Assembly: GCA_951406725.2 (NCBI GenBank)
Contig: OX597842.1
Location: 4,340,001 to 4,404,000, forward strand
Source: Octopus vulgaris
Lineage: Eukaryota
DNA: 64,000 bases
Direction of reading: 5' to 3'
In this document: positions 39,369 through 53,000 of the stretch, piece after piece
Position numbering within the stretch: the first letter of the stretch is position 1
Layout of the letters: each line of letters starts with the position of its first letter
Translations under genes and position numbers: made by a program
Notes under the pieces: generated by a model
What the model was told of the DNA's origin: nothing
The model's input: the letters and a program-made list of their open reading frames with translations, nothing else
Databases searched by the model: none

Positions 39369-39728
39369 CGGGTAGATAGGTGGGCAGACAGAGAAACAGA
39401 TGGATAGATATTCACAGATAGATAAATAGATACATACATGGATATAAATAATTGTATGTCTACATGTGCGTGTTTGTGTGTGTGTATATATATACACACA
39501 TACACACATACACACATACATGTACTTTCATATAGTCTCGTTTTGTATACACTTGTGTGTGTGTATGTAAGATATAAGCTTTACATATACGTTTAATATA
39601 TGTGTGTATATCTATACTCACAAACACATTACATGAATATAATATATATATATATTTACATACGAGAATTATGGACTTGCTCCTTTGCCCCGTATTATAT
39701 ATGCACGAAATCTTTACACATACTCATA

Positions 39729-39787
<59 letters not shown>

Positions 39788-40103
39788 GTATGTATGTGTA
39801 AGCACATTTTGCGGTTGTTAGTGATGAACAACATGAAAGAGAAGAAATATGGTAAATATATACACTCCGCAGAGGCTTGTTCGTCAGACCGCAGTCGGCC
39901 GCCATATTTATTCTCCAATATGCAAATGTTTGTTTTGATGTGCTTATGGCTTGTTGACCCATACCCACACAGCAAATGGCGATTCTACCGCTCCACCGAT
40001 CTCTATTTAGCGCAAACGCTTTCTTTCTTTTTTTTTATTGTTTCTTTTCTGTTTTTCTTATGCACTCAAGCAAGAAATTTATATCACAAGTACAGAAACA
40101 CCG

Positions 40104-40151
<48 letters not shown>

Positions 40152-40244
40152 TCTGCGTAAATTCATATCTTAATGATTGTTCGGTTGTTGACTATTATGA
40201 GTTTGTTATTTTGTCGTTTTTATGTCCATTCTATGAGGCTGGGA

Positions 40245-40316
<72 letters not shown>

Positions 40317-40391
40317 ATACACGTATGTGAGTGTATATGTATATATGTATATTTACATGTTTATATACAATGTAAGCATGTATCTCTGCGT

Positions 40392-40473
<82 letters not shown>

Positions 40474-41371
40474 ATGTGTGTGTGTGCATGTATGTGTGTG
40501 TGTGTGCATGTATGTGTGTGTGTGTGTGCATGTATATGTGTGTATGTGTGCGTGTGCTTACATACACATAAATAATTGACCTGTTGAATTATTCAAATAT
40601 CCCAGACGTTTTCAATATATTTATGTGTTTGTGTGTTTACAGTTATTCAGTTCCGTTGATTGATTTACTACTTATTCATATTTTTCTTATTCTGCAATAA
40701 CACAAAACAGATGTTTTAGACATGAATTTTATAAAAAAAAAAACACACACAAAAGCATTAAGATTAATTACCAGTCTTTTTTATAGCTTGACTTATGACA
40801 GGTTACAGAGCCCGGTCACCTACACTTGTTGCCACATAAATATACATTACTCTGCTGTCTCTGCACCAGTGCTTCTCAAACTTTTTTTAATTCGCCCATC
40901 TTTAACCACCACTTTTCCAGCTAACACTTTCTACGAGTCTACGCCTACATGCTACCATTTTTATTGTACACACGCCTAATATGGGGTCAGAGTAATTTAG
41001 TTTCGGTCACTTGCTTGACGTGGGTGACTACGTACCACAACACCACTATTATAAGCGTAGGTGGTATAGCTTTTATTCTATATAGTTTAATTGTTTTAAT
41101 CATTGGACTGCGTCTATACTGGAACATCGCCTTGAAGGGTTATAATGAACAGATCGACCCTCCGAGTATTTTAATTAATCTCTGTCACTTTTACTGAACA
41201 GCTATGTTACGGGGACGTGAACAAACCAGCATTGGTTTGTTATAACTGTCTTACATTATTATAATTTCAGTTTATCATTACTATATATATCTTCCCAATT
41301 TAGTTATTTCTGATTAACGGAAACACTTTGAACACACCCTACTACTTGTCGCAGCTGACTGGTTAGCAGAA

Positions 41372-41912
41372 TGCAGCCGGGATGTGAAGACAAATTGGAA
41401 GCTCGATATGCAATAAAGCTTGGTGTTAAACTGAGCAAAAATGCTACAGAATCTGATGAAATGGTCTAGATTCTATTAATTTATATGAGCTAAGCATCTG
41501 TTTTTCGCTAGCGCAAGGGGCCAGGCAAAGCAAGTCCACTAGGAAGTTCATGACGATCCCCTCTTTCGACAGCAAGGGAATCGTCTACACTCACTGGCTT
41601 TCCTCTGGTCCAGTCAACAAAGAGTAGTTTGTGGAGATTTTGATGTAGTTTAGGGAGAGATTTCGTCGCAAAAGGTCAGAACACCTGCCGCAGGACATTA
41701 TCAACTACTTTACAGAGACAGGCACACCCACCGCATAGTCCAAACCTTGCACCCTGTGACTCTAGTTCTTCTTAAAGCTGAAAGAGATGAATGAGGCTGT
41801 GACAAGGGTCCTGGGCACCTTTACTTTGGGGGGCTTCCACGGGGCCATCACGAAGTATCTGGAGCGCTACAGCGCATGCATTAAAGTCCAGGGGTTCTAC
41901 TTTGAAGAAATA
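41372..41912 (+). mobile_element. Degenerate mariner transposase relic
   Basis: LEARYAIKLGVKLSKNATESDEM, FDSKGIVYTHW, RYSACIKVQGFYFEE. Confidence 0.7.
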
Positions 41913-42959
41913 CAGCTGACAACACCACAACTGCTACCACTACTACCAACACAGCACTACCACCACCACTGCCAGCAATACAACCAAAACCGACACCACC
42001 AATATTACTACTTGTACCACAACTATTACTACCACTACCACTACAAATACTAGAAAAGTAGCTACACCACTACTACTATAACTACTAATACTATTACAAA
42101 TAATAACAAATAACACTATTACTCCGTCTACTACTACTATTACAACTTCTATAAACAACAGTACCAGCGCTACTACTACTACTACTACAAACAATGACAC
42201 TAGTGCTACCACCACAACTACTCATACGACAAAGAATAACACCATCACTACCACCACCACCACCACCATCATCGCCGCCAATACTACGACTACCAAACTC
42301 ATAATTAGTCAAAAAGTTAAGATGAGGGACTGCGATAAAGCAAGACTTCATCATCCTATCATCACGTGGTTTCCTGTGGTGGCGGTGGCGGTGGTGGTGG
42401 TGGTGGTGGTGGTGGTGGGTAGGGGACCCCCACTCCTTCAACCTGACCCTCCACCCCCATCCCACCACACGCCGCCCATTCTACACCTCCATTACAACCG
42501 AACCCTCCACCACCACCACCACCAATCGCCCCCCCCCACGTTCCTTCCACCCCCCCTCACCCCCCCTCGCACCCCCCACTTCGTTTTTTTTTTCCAAGAC
42601 CGTTCCTTTCATGTGATTTAATTACCTTACAGCTTTCTTTTGCTTCACAGCAAAACCGTGGCAGGTGAGATGGGAGGAGGGGGGAGAGGTGGTGGTGGTG
42701 GTGGTGGCAAGAAGAGTTCAATGGAGCTAGGGTACGCAACGTTTGTATAGAGGGTGTGTGTGTATATATATATACACACATATATACACACACAATCACG
42801 CACCATTTATGTATATACGTATTGTTACAAAGGTGCGTGATTGTGGGGATAACTAAATGTGGAAAATTACACACGCAGGCATGCGCACATGTATGTTACG
42901 TGCATGTATGTGTAAACATGTGTGCGTGTGTGGATAATGTACTTATAGATACATGAATG

Positions 42960-42991
<32 letters not shown>

Positions 42992-43182
42992 TATCCATAT
43001 ATATGCGTGTATAGGCACGTAACATTCATATATATGCGTGTTTATAGAAATGTGTACGTATGTATGTATATATACAAACACAACTATACATGCGCATGTA
43101 TAAATGTGTGTGTGTACATATATATATATGTTTTTGTATATATATATGTATATATATGTATGTATATATATATATATGTGTG

Positions 43183-43235
<53 letters not shown>

Positions 43236-43875
43236 TTACACACACACATATTTACATGCAGGCATACCATCATACATGCTCTGGCGGGTATTTCTGCTAT
43301 CAGCGCGTGTATTTGAGTGTACGTGGTGATGATGATAAGAAGGGATTCGGTGTGTATGCATTTGCATACAAGTACCGCTACACGTAAACAGCATATGTAT
43401 TCATACCTATATACATATTCATTTATGTTGTTATATATAAAGACAGACCCAAACGTATACGTGTATGTCTGTATGAATACTTGTATATCTATTTATACAG
43501 TATATTCAAGCGTGTGCTGTTGTTATCAGTTCGTCAGAAGTTGTTTTGCCCCAGAGCAGCCCAAATTCTGTCGACCCACCATCAAATAGGCTCCAGTAAC
43601 GATTTTCTTGTCTCTCTTTGAGATACGGCAAACCTCAAACTGCCTCATTTAATGTGTGCTTACATTTTGATTGAGATAGCATGTTATAAAAATGGCAGAC
43701 TTGGTTGCTATCTTTGGCCATGTCAGATGACCAAATACAGGCTCTTGCGCTGAACTGGGAACGTATACATATATGCGTGTGGATATGTGCATTTAGACAG
43801 GTATGAAAGTATGGTGTGTGTGTGTAGAGTCAGAGAGAGACGGGCAGACAGAGAAAGGGAGTGAGGGACACACGG

Positions 43876-43918
<43 letters not shown>

Positions 43919-44151
43919 GACGGAACACACGCATCCATTTCTAAGTAAGATTGTTCTATATATATAAAGAGAGAGAGAGAGAGAGAGAGAGAGATACTTT
44001 GTATACATAATTGTATACCTAAGCTTTTCTATATACATTTAAACATACACACATTTGTGCTCACTCGTATCCATGCCACATACACACATTCAGGCACTCA
44101 CACACGTACATACATACTCACACACACACACACGTAGACTCATACGTATCT

Positions 44152-44502
44152 TTTAACTCTTTCACTCATTACATTGAAGCCATGCTTGAGCACCATCTTG
44201 AATAATTTCAGCCGAACAAATCGACCCGAATATATATTCTTTGAAGCCTGATACTTATGCTATCGGTCCCATTTTGTCGAATCGCTATGTTGTCAGGAGT
44301 TGGTAGAGGCCAAAAGCAGACTAAAGATGCGCATACATGCATGCACACACACACCTCTTTCAGTTTTCGTCTACCAAATCTACTCACAAGGCTTTGGTCG
44401 GCCATCGAATGTAGAAGACATTTACCCGATGTACCACGCAATGGGACTGAGCCCAGAACCATGTGGCTAGGGAACAAACTGCTTTACCACACAGCCACGC
44501 CA
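44152..44502 (-). mobile_element. SINE family A copy (older)
   Basis: Homology to the family. Confidence 0.7.
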
Positions 44503-44509
44503 TGAAAGC

Positions 44510-44551
<42 letters not shown>

Positions 44552-44556
<5 letters not shown>

Positions 44557-45006
44557 ATATGCATATATACATACATATATGTACGTACCTACCTCTACAT
44601 GTATATATACATGCATATATGGGTACAGGACACCACAGCAAAAGTCGAACACAATGAGAAACGAAAACATAAACACAAAACCAAGGAAATGGACATTTTT
44701 CTTAAACAACGAAAAAATAGAGTACAGGACAAATAACACAAGGAAAATTCCCCTTCTTCAGTCGCCATAGTTTCATCTACTCTGCGTTTCGAAGGTGAAG
44801 GCGATACGCATCTTCGATAGAAACTTTCTTTCCGGCGAAAAGCAAATGAAATAAAATTTGAGATCTTTTTGCGGAGGGGTAAAAATGGTAACAAAAACAG
44901 GACAGATTGTGTTCGACGTTTTTTGGTGTCCTGTACCCATATATGCATGTATATATGCATGTAGAGGAAAGTACGTACATATATGTATGTATATATGCAT
45001 ATGTTT
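44552..45006. repeat. About 100-bp inverted repeats around a PLE-terminus-like core
   Basis: 44552-44655 versus 44907-45006; degenerate hammerhead-like string on minus at about 44770-44824. Confidence 0.7.
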
Positions 45007-45085
45007 TATTTATTAATTTATTATATGACGGAACGCACGCATCCATTTCTAAGTAAGATTGTTCTTGATATATATATATATATAA

Positions 45086-45147
<62 letters not shown>

Positions 45148-45426
45148 TATACGTGTGTGTGTGTGTGTATTTGCATTTCTGTTTACAGAACTTTGCTGAG
45201 ATTGTTTACATACGTTCGTGTATATATATGCAAACATAAATGTGACATTTTACATACATGATGAAAAGGCGTGGTAAATGGCCGGCTGCTCGGTGGATAT
45301 ATATTTATACAGCGTTTGCTTCTCCGTGTGTGTGTATATAGCTAACTGCATATAGGCGTGTGTATACAAACGTGTATGTTCACATAAGTATCATTAATTA
45401 ATATAGCTTGCTCTACACTCTTGTGT

Positions 45427-45466
<40 letters not shown>

Positions 45467-45604
45467 TCTTTCCATTTCAGTTTGCAAACCTGTATACGTA
45501 CAAACACACGTGTGCGCGCACATGTATGTATGTATGTATGTATGTATGTATGAGTGTGTACATTGGCGTACGTCCAGTGAAAACATACACAATACTTTAA
45601 GATA

Positions 45605-45742
45605 ATGTTGGTTTCAAATTTTGGCACAAGGCCAGCACTTGCAGAGGAGAGGGTTAGTCGATTACATCGGCCCCAGGACTCTAGGGGGGCGTATTTTATC
45701 GATTCTGAGGGGATGAAAGATGAAATGGAATTTGAACTCAAT
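45605..45742 (-). mobile_element. SINE family B 3' part (degenerate)
   Basis: Reverse complement resembles 1155-1295. Confidence 0.55.
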
Positions 45743-45810
45743 TCTTAAAGATAGTATTGAAGAAAACAGCCACCCTTATACACACACACACACACACACA
45801 CACATGCATA

Positions 45811-46178
45811 TCTCTCTATATATATATAAGCGGCAAAATGTCTGTGTGTGTGTCCTTTATACAAATCCACAATTTTTCAGTTAGAGGGCTTGCACTTTCT
45901 ATGGTCATTCAAAAGCGTCCAAGGGTGGTCGTGCACATCTTTACATTTCTCCAGTCACCCCGCAAAGCCATTAAAAAATCAATAGAAGTAACTTTTTTGT
46001 GAATTTTATATTCAAAACCCAATCAAAATGCCCGAAACTTGATACGCCAATTGAATGCCAGCTAGCTGTATGTGATTGGTCGGAGATTTGGAAAATACTC
46101 GCTTGTATGTGCGCACGCACGCAGCTGTATATGCATGCACTAGCACTATGACCCGGCAACGCCGGGTCATAGTGCTAG
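45811..46178 (+). mobile_element. Non-autonomous Helitron
   Basis: 5' TC after A; 3' hairpin CCCGGCAACGCCGGG and CTAG before T. Confidence 0.7.
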
Positions 46179-46190
46179 TTAATATATATA

Positions 46191-46570
46191 CCTTTTATCT
46201 GTTTCAGTCATTAGTCTGCAGCCATGCTGGAGCAACGCCTTGAATAATTGTTTTTAGTCGAATGAATCGGCCCTAGTACTTTTCCTTTTTTAAATCTGGT
46301 ACTTGTTCTGTCGATTTCTTTAGTTTGAACGCGAAGTTACGGGGACGGAAACGTACCAATACCGGTTGTCATGTAAACTCACACTCACACATAAACATGT
46401 ACATATAAGACGGGTTTCTTCCAGTTTCCATCTAGTAAATCCACGCACAATGCTTTGGTCTGTCCGAGGCCATATTAGAAGACACTTGCTCAAGGTGCCA
46501 TGCAGTGGGACTGAACCGGGAACTGTGTGGTTGGGAAACAACTTTCTTATCACACAAACACGCCTGCGCC
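46191..46570 (-). mobile_element. SINE family A copy
   Basis: Homology to the family. Confidence 0.7.
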
Positions 46571-47230
46571 TATATATACGTGTGTGTGTGCATATATGTA
46601 TATATAATGTAAACTCTCACATAATTTTATTAAAGCTGCAGAACTGTTATGTTGCTCAGAGTTTCACGTTCCCGTTTGTCGGACGATTGTGATGGCTGTG
46701 TGTAGGTGTGTATTAGTTTACCCTGTACAAGCATCAGTTATAGTTGTGGTAGCTCTTATTGTGATCGTTGTGGTGATGGTTTTACTATTAATGATAATGG
46801 AGTAGTGGTCGTGGTGTTGGTAATAGTAGTGGTGATGCTGGTTCTAGTAGTAGTAGTGGTAGTAGTGGTAGTAGTGGTGGTGGTGGTGGTGGTGGCGGTG
46901 CGGCTGTGCTGGAAGCAACGTTTCTGTTGTTTTTGTCCTCTCTACTTTTGTAATTACACTGGGCAGTGTGCACGCCTGTTGGTCGTTTGATCCTGTTTAC
47001 CTACTATATATATATATATATATATACGTTTATGTGTGTATACATATGTATATATACTTGTGTGTATACACATGTATATGCAGTCTTATACGTATAAATT
47101 TAAGTGCACGACTATATGAGTGTGTGTGTGTATGTATATATATATATATATATGCATTCATATATATCTAAATGCACATGTGTATGTGTGTATATAGACA
47201 TATCCACACACACATGTATACGTTTATATG

Positions 47231-47269
<39 letters not shown>

Positions 47270-47857
47270 GTGCATTCATATATGTATATATCTAAGTGCA
47301 CATGTGTATATGTGTATGCATATAGACATATACACACACACATTGATAAATGAATGAGAGTATGTATATACATGTTTATATGTATACGTATATGTGTGAG
47401 TGTATATGTATGTATATAATGCAAATATACTTATTGATACATGTGCTCTCATAGATAAAAGCATGTGCCTATGTACACATCTGTCTGGCTTTCATGAGTG
47501 AGTGTATATATTGTTTTGAACGTATTTTCCAGCCTCCTGGCAATGGCTACGCTGCTGCGCCAAGTCAGAAAAACAATCTCTCAAACACGTACTTGAGTAG
47601 CTGAGTAATTATATAATGAGAGACAAGTGTATATGCCTGTGTATATGTGTGTATAGTATATGCGTATATGTGCCAATACAGATGTACATATGTGTGTGTG
47701 TGTAGGTTTGTATGCATGCGAATATATGTGAGAATGGGTGTGTATGTGTGTGAATATTTATATGTAAGCCTGTTTATGTGTGTGCATATTTGCACGAATA
47801 TATGTTTGTGTGTGTATATATATATATGTATATGAGAGAGAGAGAGAGAGAGAGAGA

Positions 47858-48045
47858 ATTTACGAAAAAAAAAACAAAAGGCGATACGGGTGTGTAAACA
47901 ACAAACAGATGTACTAGTTTAACGCTCAGGAAGTAAGAAAGTCTTTTTATGCTTCGAGCCTACGCTCTTCAACAGAAAAGAACACAGAAATAAACACAGA
48001 GAGAAAATAAAAAAGGTTTAGTGGCTAGCGATCTATAATGGCGAG
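47858..48045 (-). mobile_element. Degenerate copy of the hammerhead-bearing family at 56355-56550
   Basis: Minus strand CTGTTGA-A-GAGC-GTAG-GCTC-GAAGC-ATA-AAAAGAC and matching flanks. Confidence 0.65.
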
Positions 48046-48084
48046 ACTATTGCTATAGTAATGTGCATGCGCACTAACTTTTAA

Positions 48085-48355
48085 CGTTCTAGCTCACTTC
48101 CGCTGTTTACAGCAGTGCTTGGAAGGAAGGTGTGTAGCACATGATCATCACTCTGACAATGACAGAGAAGTTGAGCAGAGACTGTGAATCAAATTTTGCG
48201 AAAAGCTTGGCGATACCTGCTCAGAGGCCTACGCAAAGTTTTCAAAGAGTTTTCATTGTTCTCGACATAATCAAGGAGATCTTGTGCAACTAGAACCCGA
48301 GTGTCTTTTTCATCGGTTTTGACACAAACTTGGCGTCTCACATTCAAATGATCAA
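48085..48355. mobile_element. Mariner relic with internal inversion
   Basis: Plus: IKFCEKLGDTCSEAYAK; minus: DTRVLVAQDLLDYVENNE. Confidence 0.55.
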
Positions 48356-49368
48356 CTGAAAAGAGATGGCAATTTTTTAGGATGAGACTGGTTGAGTTAG
48401 CACGAAGAGAGCATTGAATGTGAACACATGCAAAGTAGAAGACTGGGGAATTTAGTTCATCATCTTGTTGTGAATTCGAAGCAAATCTCGAAGTTCTGAG
48501 ATGTCAGGTTCTTTCCTCTCTACACCACTCTTACAGTTTCACTGATGTCCTTAAGGTCTTTTGGTGCCTGCGAGACCTGCTTAGCAGACAGCAGAATACT
48601 GTTGCCTGATTTTGTTCTCCATATGATCGTTTGGCCAGTTCTGTAGTCCCATCCGGGCAAATCCGCTTTTGAACAACAACTCATATTCTTGAGTGTCATC
48701 TACTGAACCTATTCTGCTTCTGACTCCAAAAAGAGGTTTTCAGTTGGAGAGGTTCTCGTGTCAATTGAAAATAAGCTTGCCCTCGAATTTTTCCCATCCA
48801 CTCCTTGAATTTTGTCGATCACGGAAACTTGCACGTAAGTGATGAAGCTGTTGGGGGTCGAGTGTTGATGTTCGCAGATGGGGTTCTGTTGAGTAGTAAC
48901 AACGTTTGTCCCCTTGACTCGCCTAGCGAATTCTCATCAGCAGGGGCAACAAGCTTTTACGATTTGTGTGTATTTATAGGTTCATGTCGGTGCTTCACAA
49001 TGTGGGTAGTAACGCCCGCTGGGGGAGAATATCATATGGGTTCTGGGCACAACGGGAGTGCGAGGTAACTAACTATATTTAGCCGCGGTTCCCATTTAAA
49101 TATTAACTTTAAAAATCTTTTCAATGTAGTATTACAATGAGTTGCTTGTTAAACACAATCAGAACCCCGGGGAGTGTTGCAACAGTAGAAAATAAAAGTG
49201 TATGGAGACAAAGGGAGCAAGTGGGTAGAACAACAGATGTATTTGTATAGTTTTATTTTAGCGTTTTTTTACCAAATTAAATATTTAAAAAATTAAATTT
49301 AATATTTTGATAAACTGCTTGATTGCCACACTCACAACAACAGCGAAAACTACAACAACTACATCTAC

Positions 49369-49409
<41 letters not shown>

Positions 49410-49858
49410 TATACTTCGAAATGTGAATAAGTAAATAAACAAGAAGTATGTTTATAGTAGAATCGCTTATAATAGGGTGGTGCTGTGGTAAGTAGTCACC
49501 CATGTCAAACCAGTGCTCGGAGATAAATTACTCTGACCTGTTATTACTATGTATGTATATACATTAAAAATGGTGAGGGGACTTTGAATTTGTAAGTAAG
49601 GGAGCGTCAAATAATATGTTTGGACAAGAGAAAAGGCAGTGATTAAAATGTTTAAAGAACTGAGTTCAAATATGCCACTTATCAGGCGGTTGAGGTTCAG
49701 AGACGAGTCGGGCATGTTGGTTTTGGATACATCACTCCTAAACAGGGAAACCATAGTCGGGAGTCTTAAGGGGTGATGAGATGTGGGTTTTATAATTTTA
49801 TATCATATATTCCTCCCAGAGTAGGATGGTAGATATACCATTCAAATACGTATGTAGG

Positions 49859-49924
49859 ACGGCGAGCTGGCAGAATCGTCATCGCGCCGGCGAAAATGCT
49901 GGGCCGCATTTCTTCCGACATTAC
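49859..49924 (+). mobile_element. SINE family B 5' part; 3' part resumes at 54149-54305
   Basis: Joined halves reconstruct ..CATTAC|GCTCTGTGTTCAATCCCGCC.., matching family B CGTTACGTTCTGAGTTCAAATTCCGCC. Confidence 0.7.
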
Positions 49925-50020
49925 CATCTAAAAATATTTATCAGCGACAAAGGCAGAATTAATACTGAGAGATAATATTTATCCCCACTAAAAGATGGGC
50001 TGTTCTGTCAGAACAAACTA

Positions 50021-53000
50021 ATAATGTTCGTCCTTCGGTTCGAAGATGACCAACTGACATCATCTGATGGAACTGCCGCCATGAGACCGGAGGTGGCTGG
50101 TGAGGCCAATCCGGGCAAGGAAGCCCCTCCCACAGGTGGGGCAGAAGTGGGTAGGGGCAGTGCTACTGGTGCAGGCGGCTCTGACTTTACGCATCTGACG
50201 TTTCTGCTCCGCTGACCGAATCCGTCCCTCCTCGGCTGTCCCTGCTCCCACGGTGATTGCGCTGCGCCAGGATGAGCGGTTGGCAGCAAGTGTCTCCCAG
50301 GTCTCTGTTCCGATGGAGAAGTCTTTGAGAGAGACCTTGAGACTATCCTTGTAGCGCTTTTTCTGCCCTCCGACTTTGCGCCTGCCCTGGCCGAGTTCAC
50401 CGTAGAAGAGCTGTTTTGGGATGCGAGTGTCGGACATGCGGGAGACGTGGCCCGCCCATCTCAGCTGGGCCTTGCGCATGATTGTGATGGTGCTAGGGAG
50501 ATCTGCCTGCTTCAGAACTTCCGTGTCTGGGACTTTGTCCTGCCAGCGGATGTGAAGGAGATTCCGAAGACACCTGAGATGGAAGTGGTTTATCTGGCGC
50601 TCGTGCCTTCGGTAAGCAGTCCACGTCTCGCAGCCGTATAGTAGGGTGGTAAGCACGACTGCCCGGTAGACTTTCAGCTTGGTGTTGAGGCTGATTCCTC
50701 TCCGCTCCCAGACTTTCTTTCGCAGTCTCCCAAACGCGCTGCTTGCCTTGGAGATTCTGTTGATAGTTTCAGCATCTATGTTGGCATTGCAGGAGAGAGT
50801 GCTGCCCAGGTAGGTGAAGTTTTCCACCACTCGGAGGATCCGTCCGTTCACCCTTATCTGAGGCTCATGGTATTGTTTGCCGGGGCTGGCTGAAACATCA
50901 CTTCGGTTTTCTTTGCACTGATGGTGAGACCGAAGTTGTCACAGGCTGATGAGAACCTGTCCATCTCGAGCTGCATCTCCTGCTCATCGATTGCATTAAG
51001 GGCGCAGTCGTCAGAAAAGAGAAAGTCTCTGACGACTGTCTCCCTCACCTTTGTGACAGCCTGCAATCTCCTGGAGTTGAAAAGTTTCCCGTCTGTCCTG
51101 TACTTGATGTTGATACCGGACTTGCAGTCCCTAAAGGCGTCGGACATCATTGCCGAGAACATGATGCTGAACAGTGTTGGGGCCAGGACACAGCCCTGCC
51201 TGACTCCGTTGGTCACCTGGAAGGCTTCAGATGAGTCGCCGTCTTCAAGGATTCTGGCTGTCATTCCGTCGTGGAACTGGCGGACAATTGCAATAAATTT
51301 GCTGGGGCAACCAAATTTTCCCATGACCTTCCATAGTCCCTCCCGACTGACTGTATCAAAGGCCTTGGTGAGGTCAACAAAGGTCATGCAGAGGTGAAGG
51401 TGCTGCTCCATGCATTTCTCCTGGAGCTGGCGGGCGGCGAATATCATGTCAGTGGTCCCTCGACCCGCACGGAAGCCACACTGGCTCTCATGGAGAAGGC
51501 CTTGCTCCAAGTGTTCCAGAAGGCGGTCAAGCAGGACCCGGGCCAGGATCTTGCCTGCTATGGACAAGAGGGAAATACCTCGGTGGTTGTCGCAGGACTG
51601 CCGATCTCCTTTCCGCTTATAAATGTGGACGATTGTTGCGTCCCGGAAATCTTGAGGGAGTTGTTCCCTGTCCCACATCGACTGGAACAGGCTGGTGAGC
51701 TGACTGATCATGGTGGGGCCGCCCGACTTGAACACCTCTGCAGGGATGGCGTCAGAGCCTGGAGCCTTGCCGGTGGACATTTTTTTGATGGCTCTGCTCA
51801 CTTCCTCGACTGCAGGGGGAACAGCCAACCCGTGGTTTGTCGGCACCTGGGGGAGTCGTGCGATGGCTTCCTCGTTGATCTGGGCTGGTCGGTTGAGCAC
51901 GATGTTGAAGTGCTCCGCCCATCTCTCCAGGATCAGCCTCTTGTTAGTCAGGAGTGAGGTTCCATCTGAGCTGAGCAGGGGGGTTGATCTAAAGGAGAAC
52001 TGCGGTCCATAGACAGCTTTCAGCGCCTCGTAGAATTTCTTGGTGTCGTGTTTGTCTGCGTATCCCTGAATCTCATCCGCCTTGGCGCTTAACCATGCGT
52101 CTTGCATGAGGCGGAGTTTAGCCTGGACTGTGCTGCGAATGTTGTTGAAAGCGGCCTTCTTTGCCGTGCAGGTGGTGTCGTTTTGGTGAGCCCGCAGCAG
52201 ACGGCGTTTCTCTTCCAGGAGCTTTTGGATTTCCTGGTCGTTTTCGTCGAACCAGTCCTGGTGGTTCCTCGTAATTTGGCCCAGAGTTTCAAGGGCGATG
52301 GAATGAACCGTGTCCCTGAATGATTCCCACTGCTCATCGATGCTGGACTGGTCACTCCGAATGTCCAACAGCTTACTGTCCATACGTGACTGGAGATCTT
52401 GTGCAGTCAGCTGGTTCTTTAATTTCGTGATGTTAAGCTTCCTCGTCACTTTCTGACCCTGTGGTCTTCTCTTAGGTCGGATGTAGAAATCCATCCTGGA
52501 GATGATGAGGCGATGGTCCGTCTCGCCTGTCTTTCGCCCTGACGATGACGTAATCTATCAGATGCCAGTGTTTGGAGCGTGGATGCATCCATGATGTCTT
52601 GTTGCGTGTTGGCAGACGGAACAAGGTGTTGGCGATGGTAAGATCATGAGAGGCACACGCACGCAGGAGGAGCTGTCCGTTGCTGTTGCACTTTCCGATT
52701 CCTTGCTTTCCCAGTACGCGATGCCAGGCTTGGTGGTCAGTCCCGACACGGGCTTTAAAATCCCCAAGGAGGATGAGCTTCCCAGGCTGGGCTGACGTGA
52801 TGAGGGAGTCGAGTTCCTCATAGAACCTGTCCTTAACTTCTTCAGGGTTGGTCATGGTGGGGGCGTAAGCACTGATGATGGTCGCACTAGTCTTGTTTCC
52901 AAGTGGGAGCTGCATCTTCATCAGCCGATCGTTGACACCCTCGGGGGGCTTTCCAGTTTCCGCACGTGTACTGACTTAATGGCAAAACCAACACCAGCCT

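Noticed and set aside
48912-48947. Minus-strand CCCCTG-CTGATGA-GAATTCGCTAGGCGAGTC-AAGGGG hammerhead-like string
   Set aside because: No helix II and no intact GAAA; at best a deleted relic.
50921-52323. Plus-strand ORFs of 70-187 aa over the RTE
   Set aside because: Antisense shadows of a GC-rich coding region.
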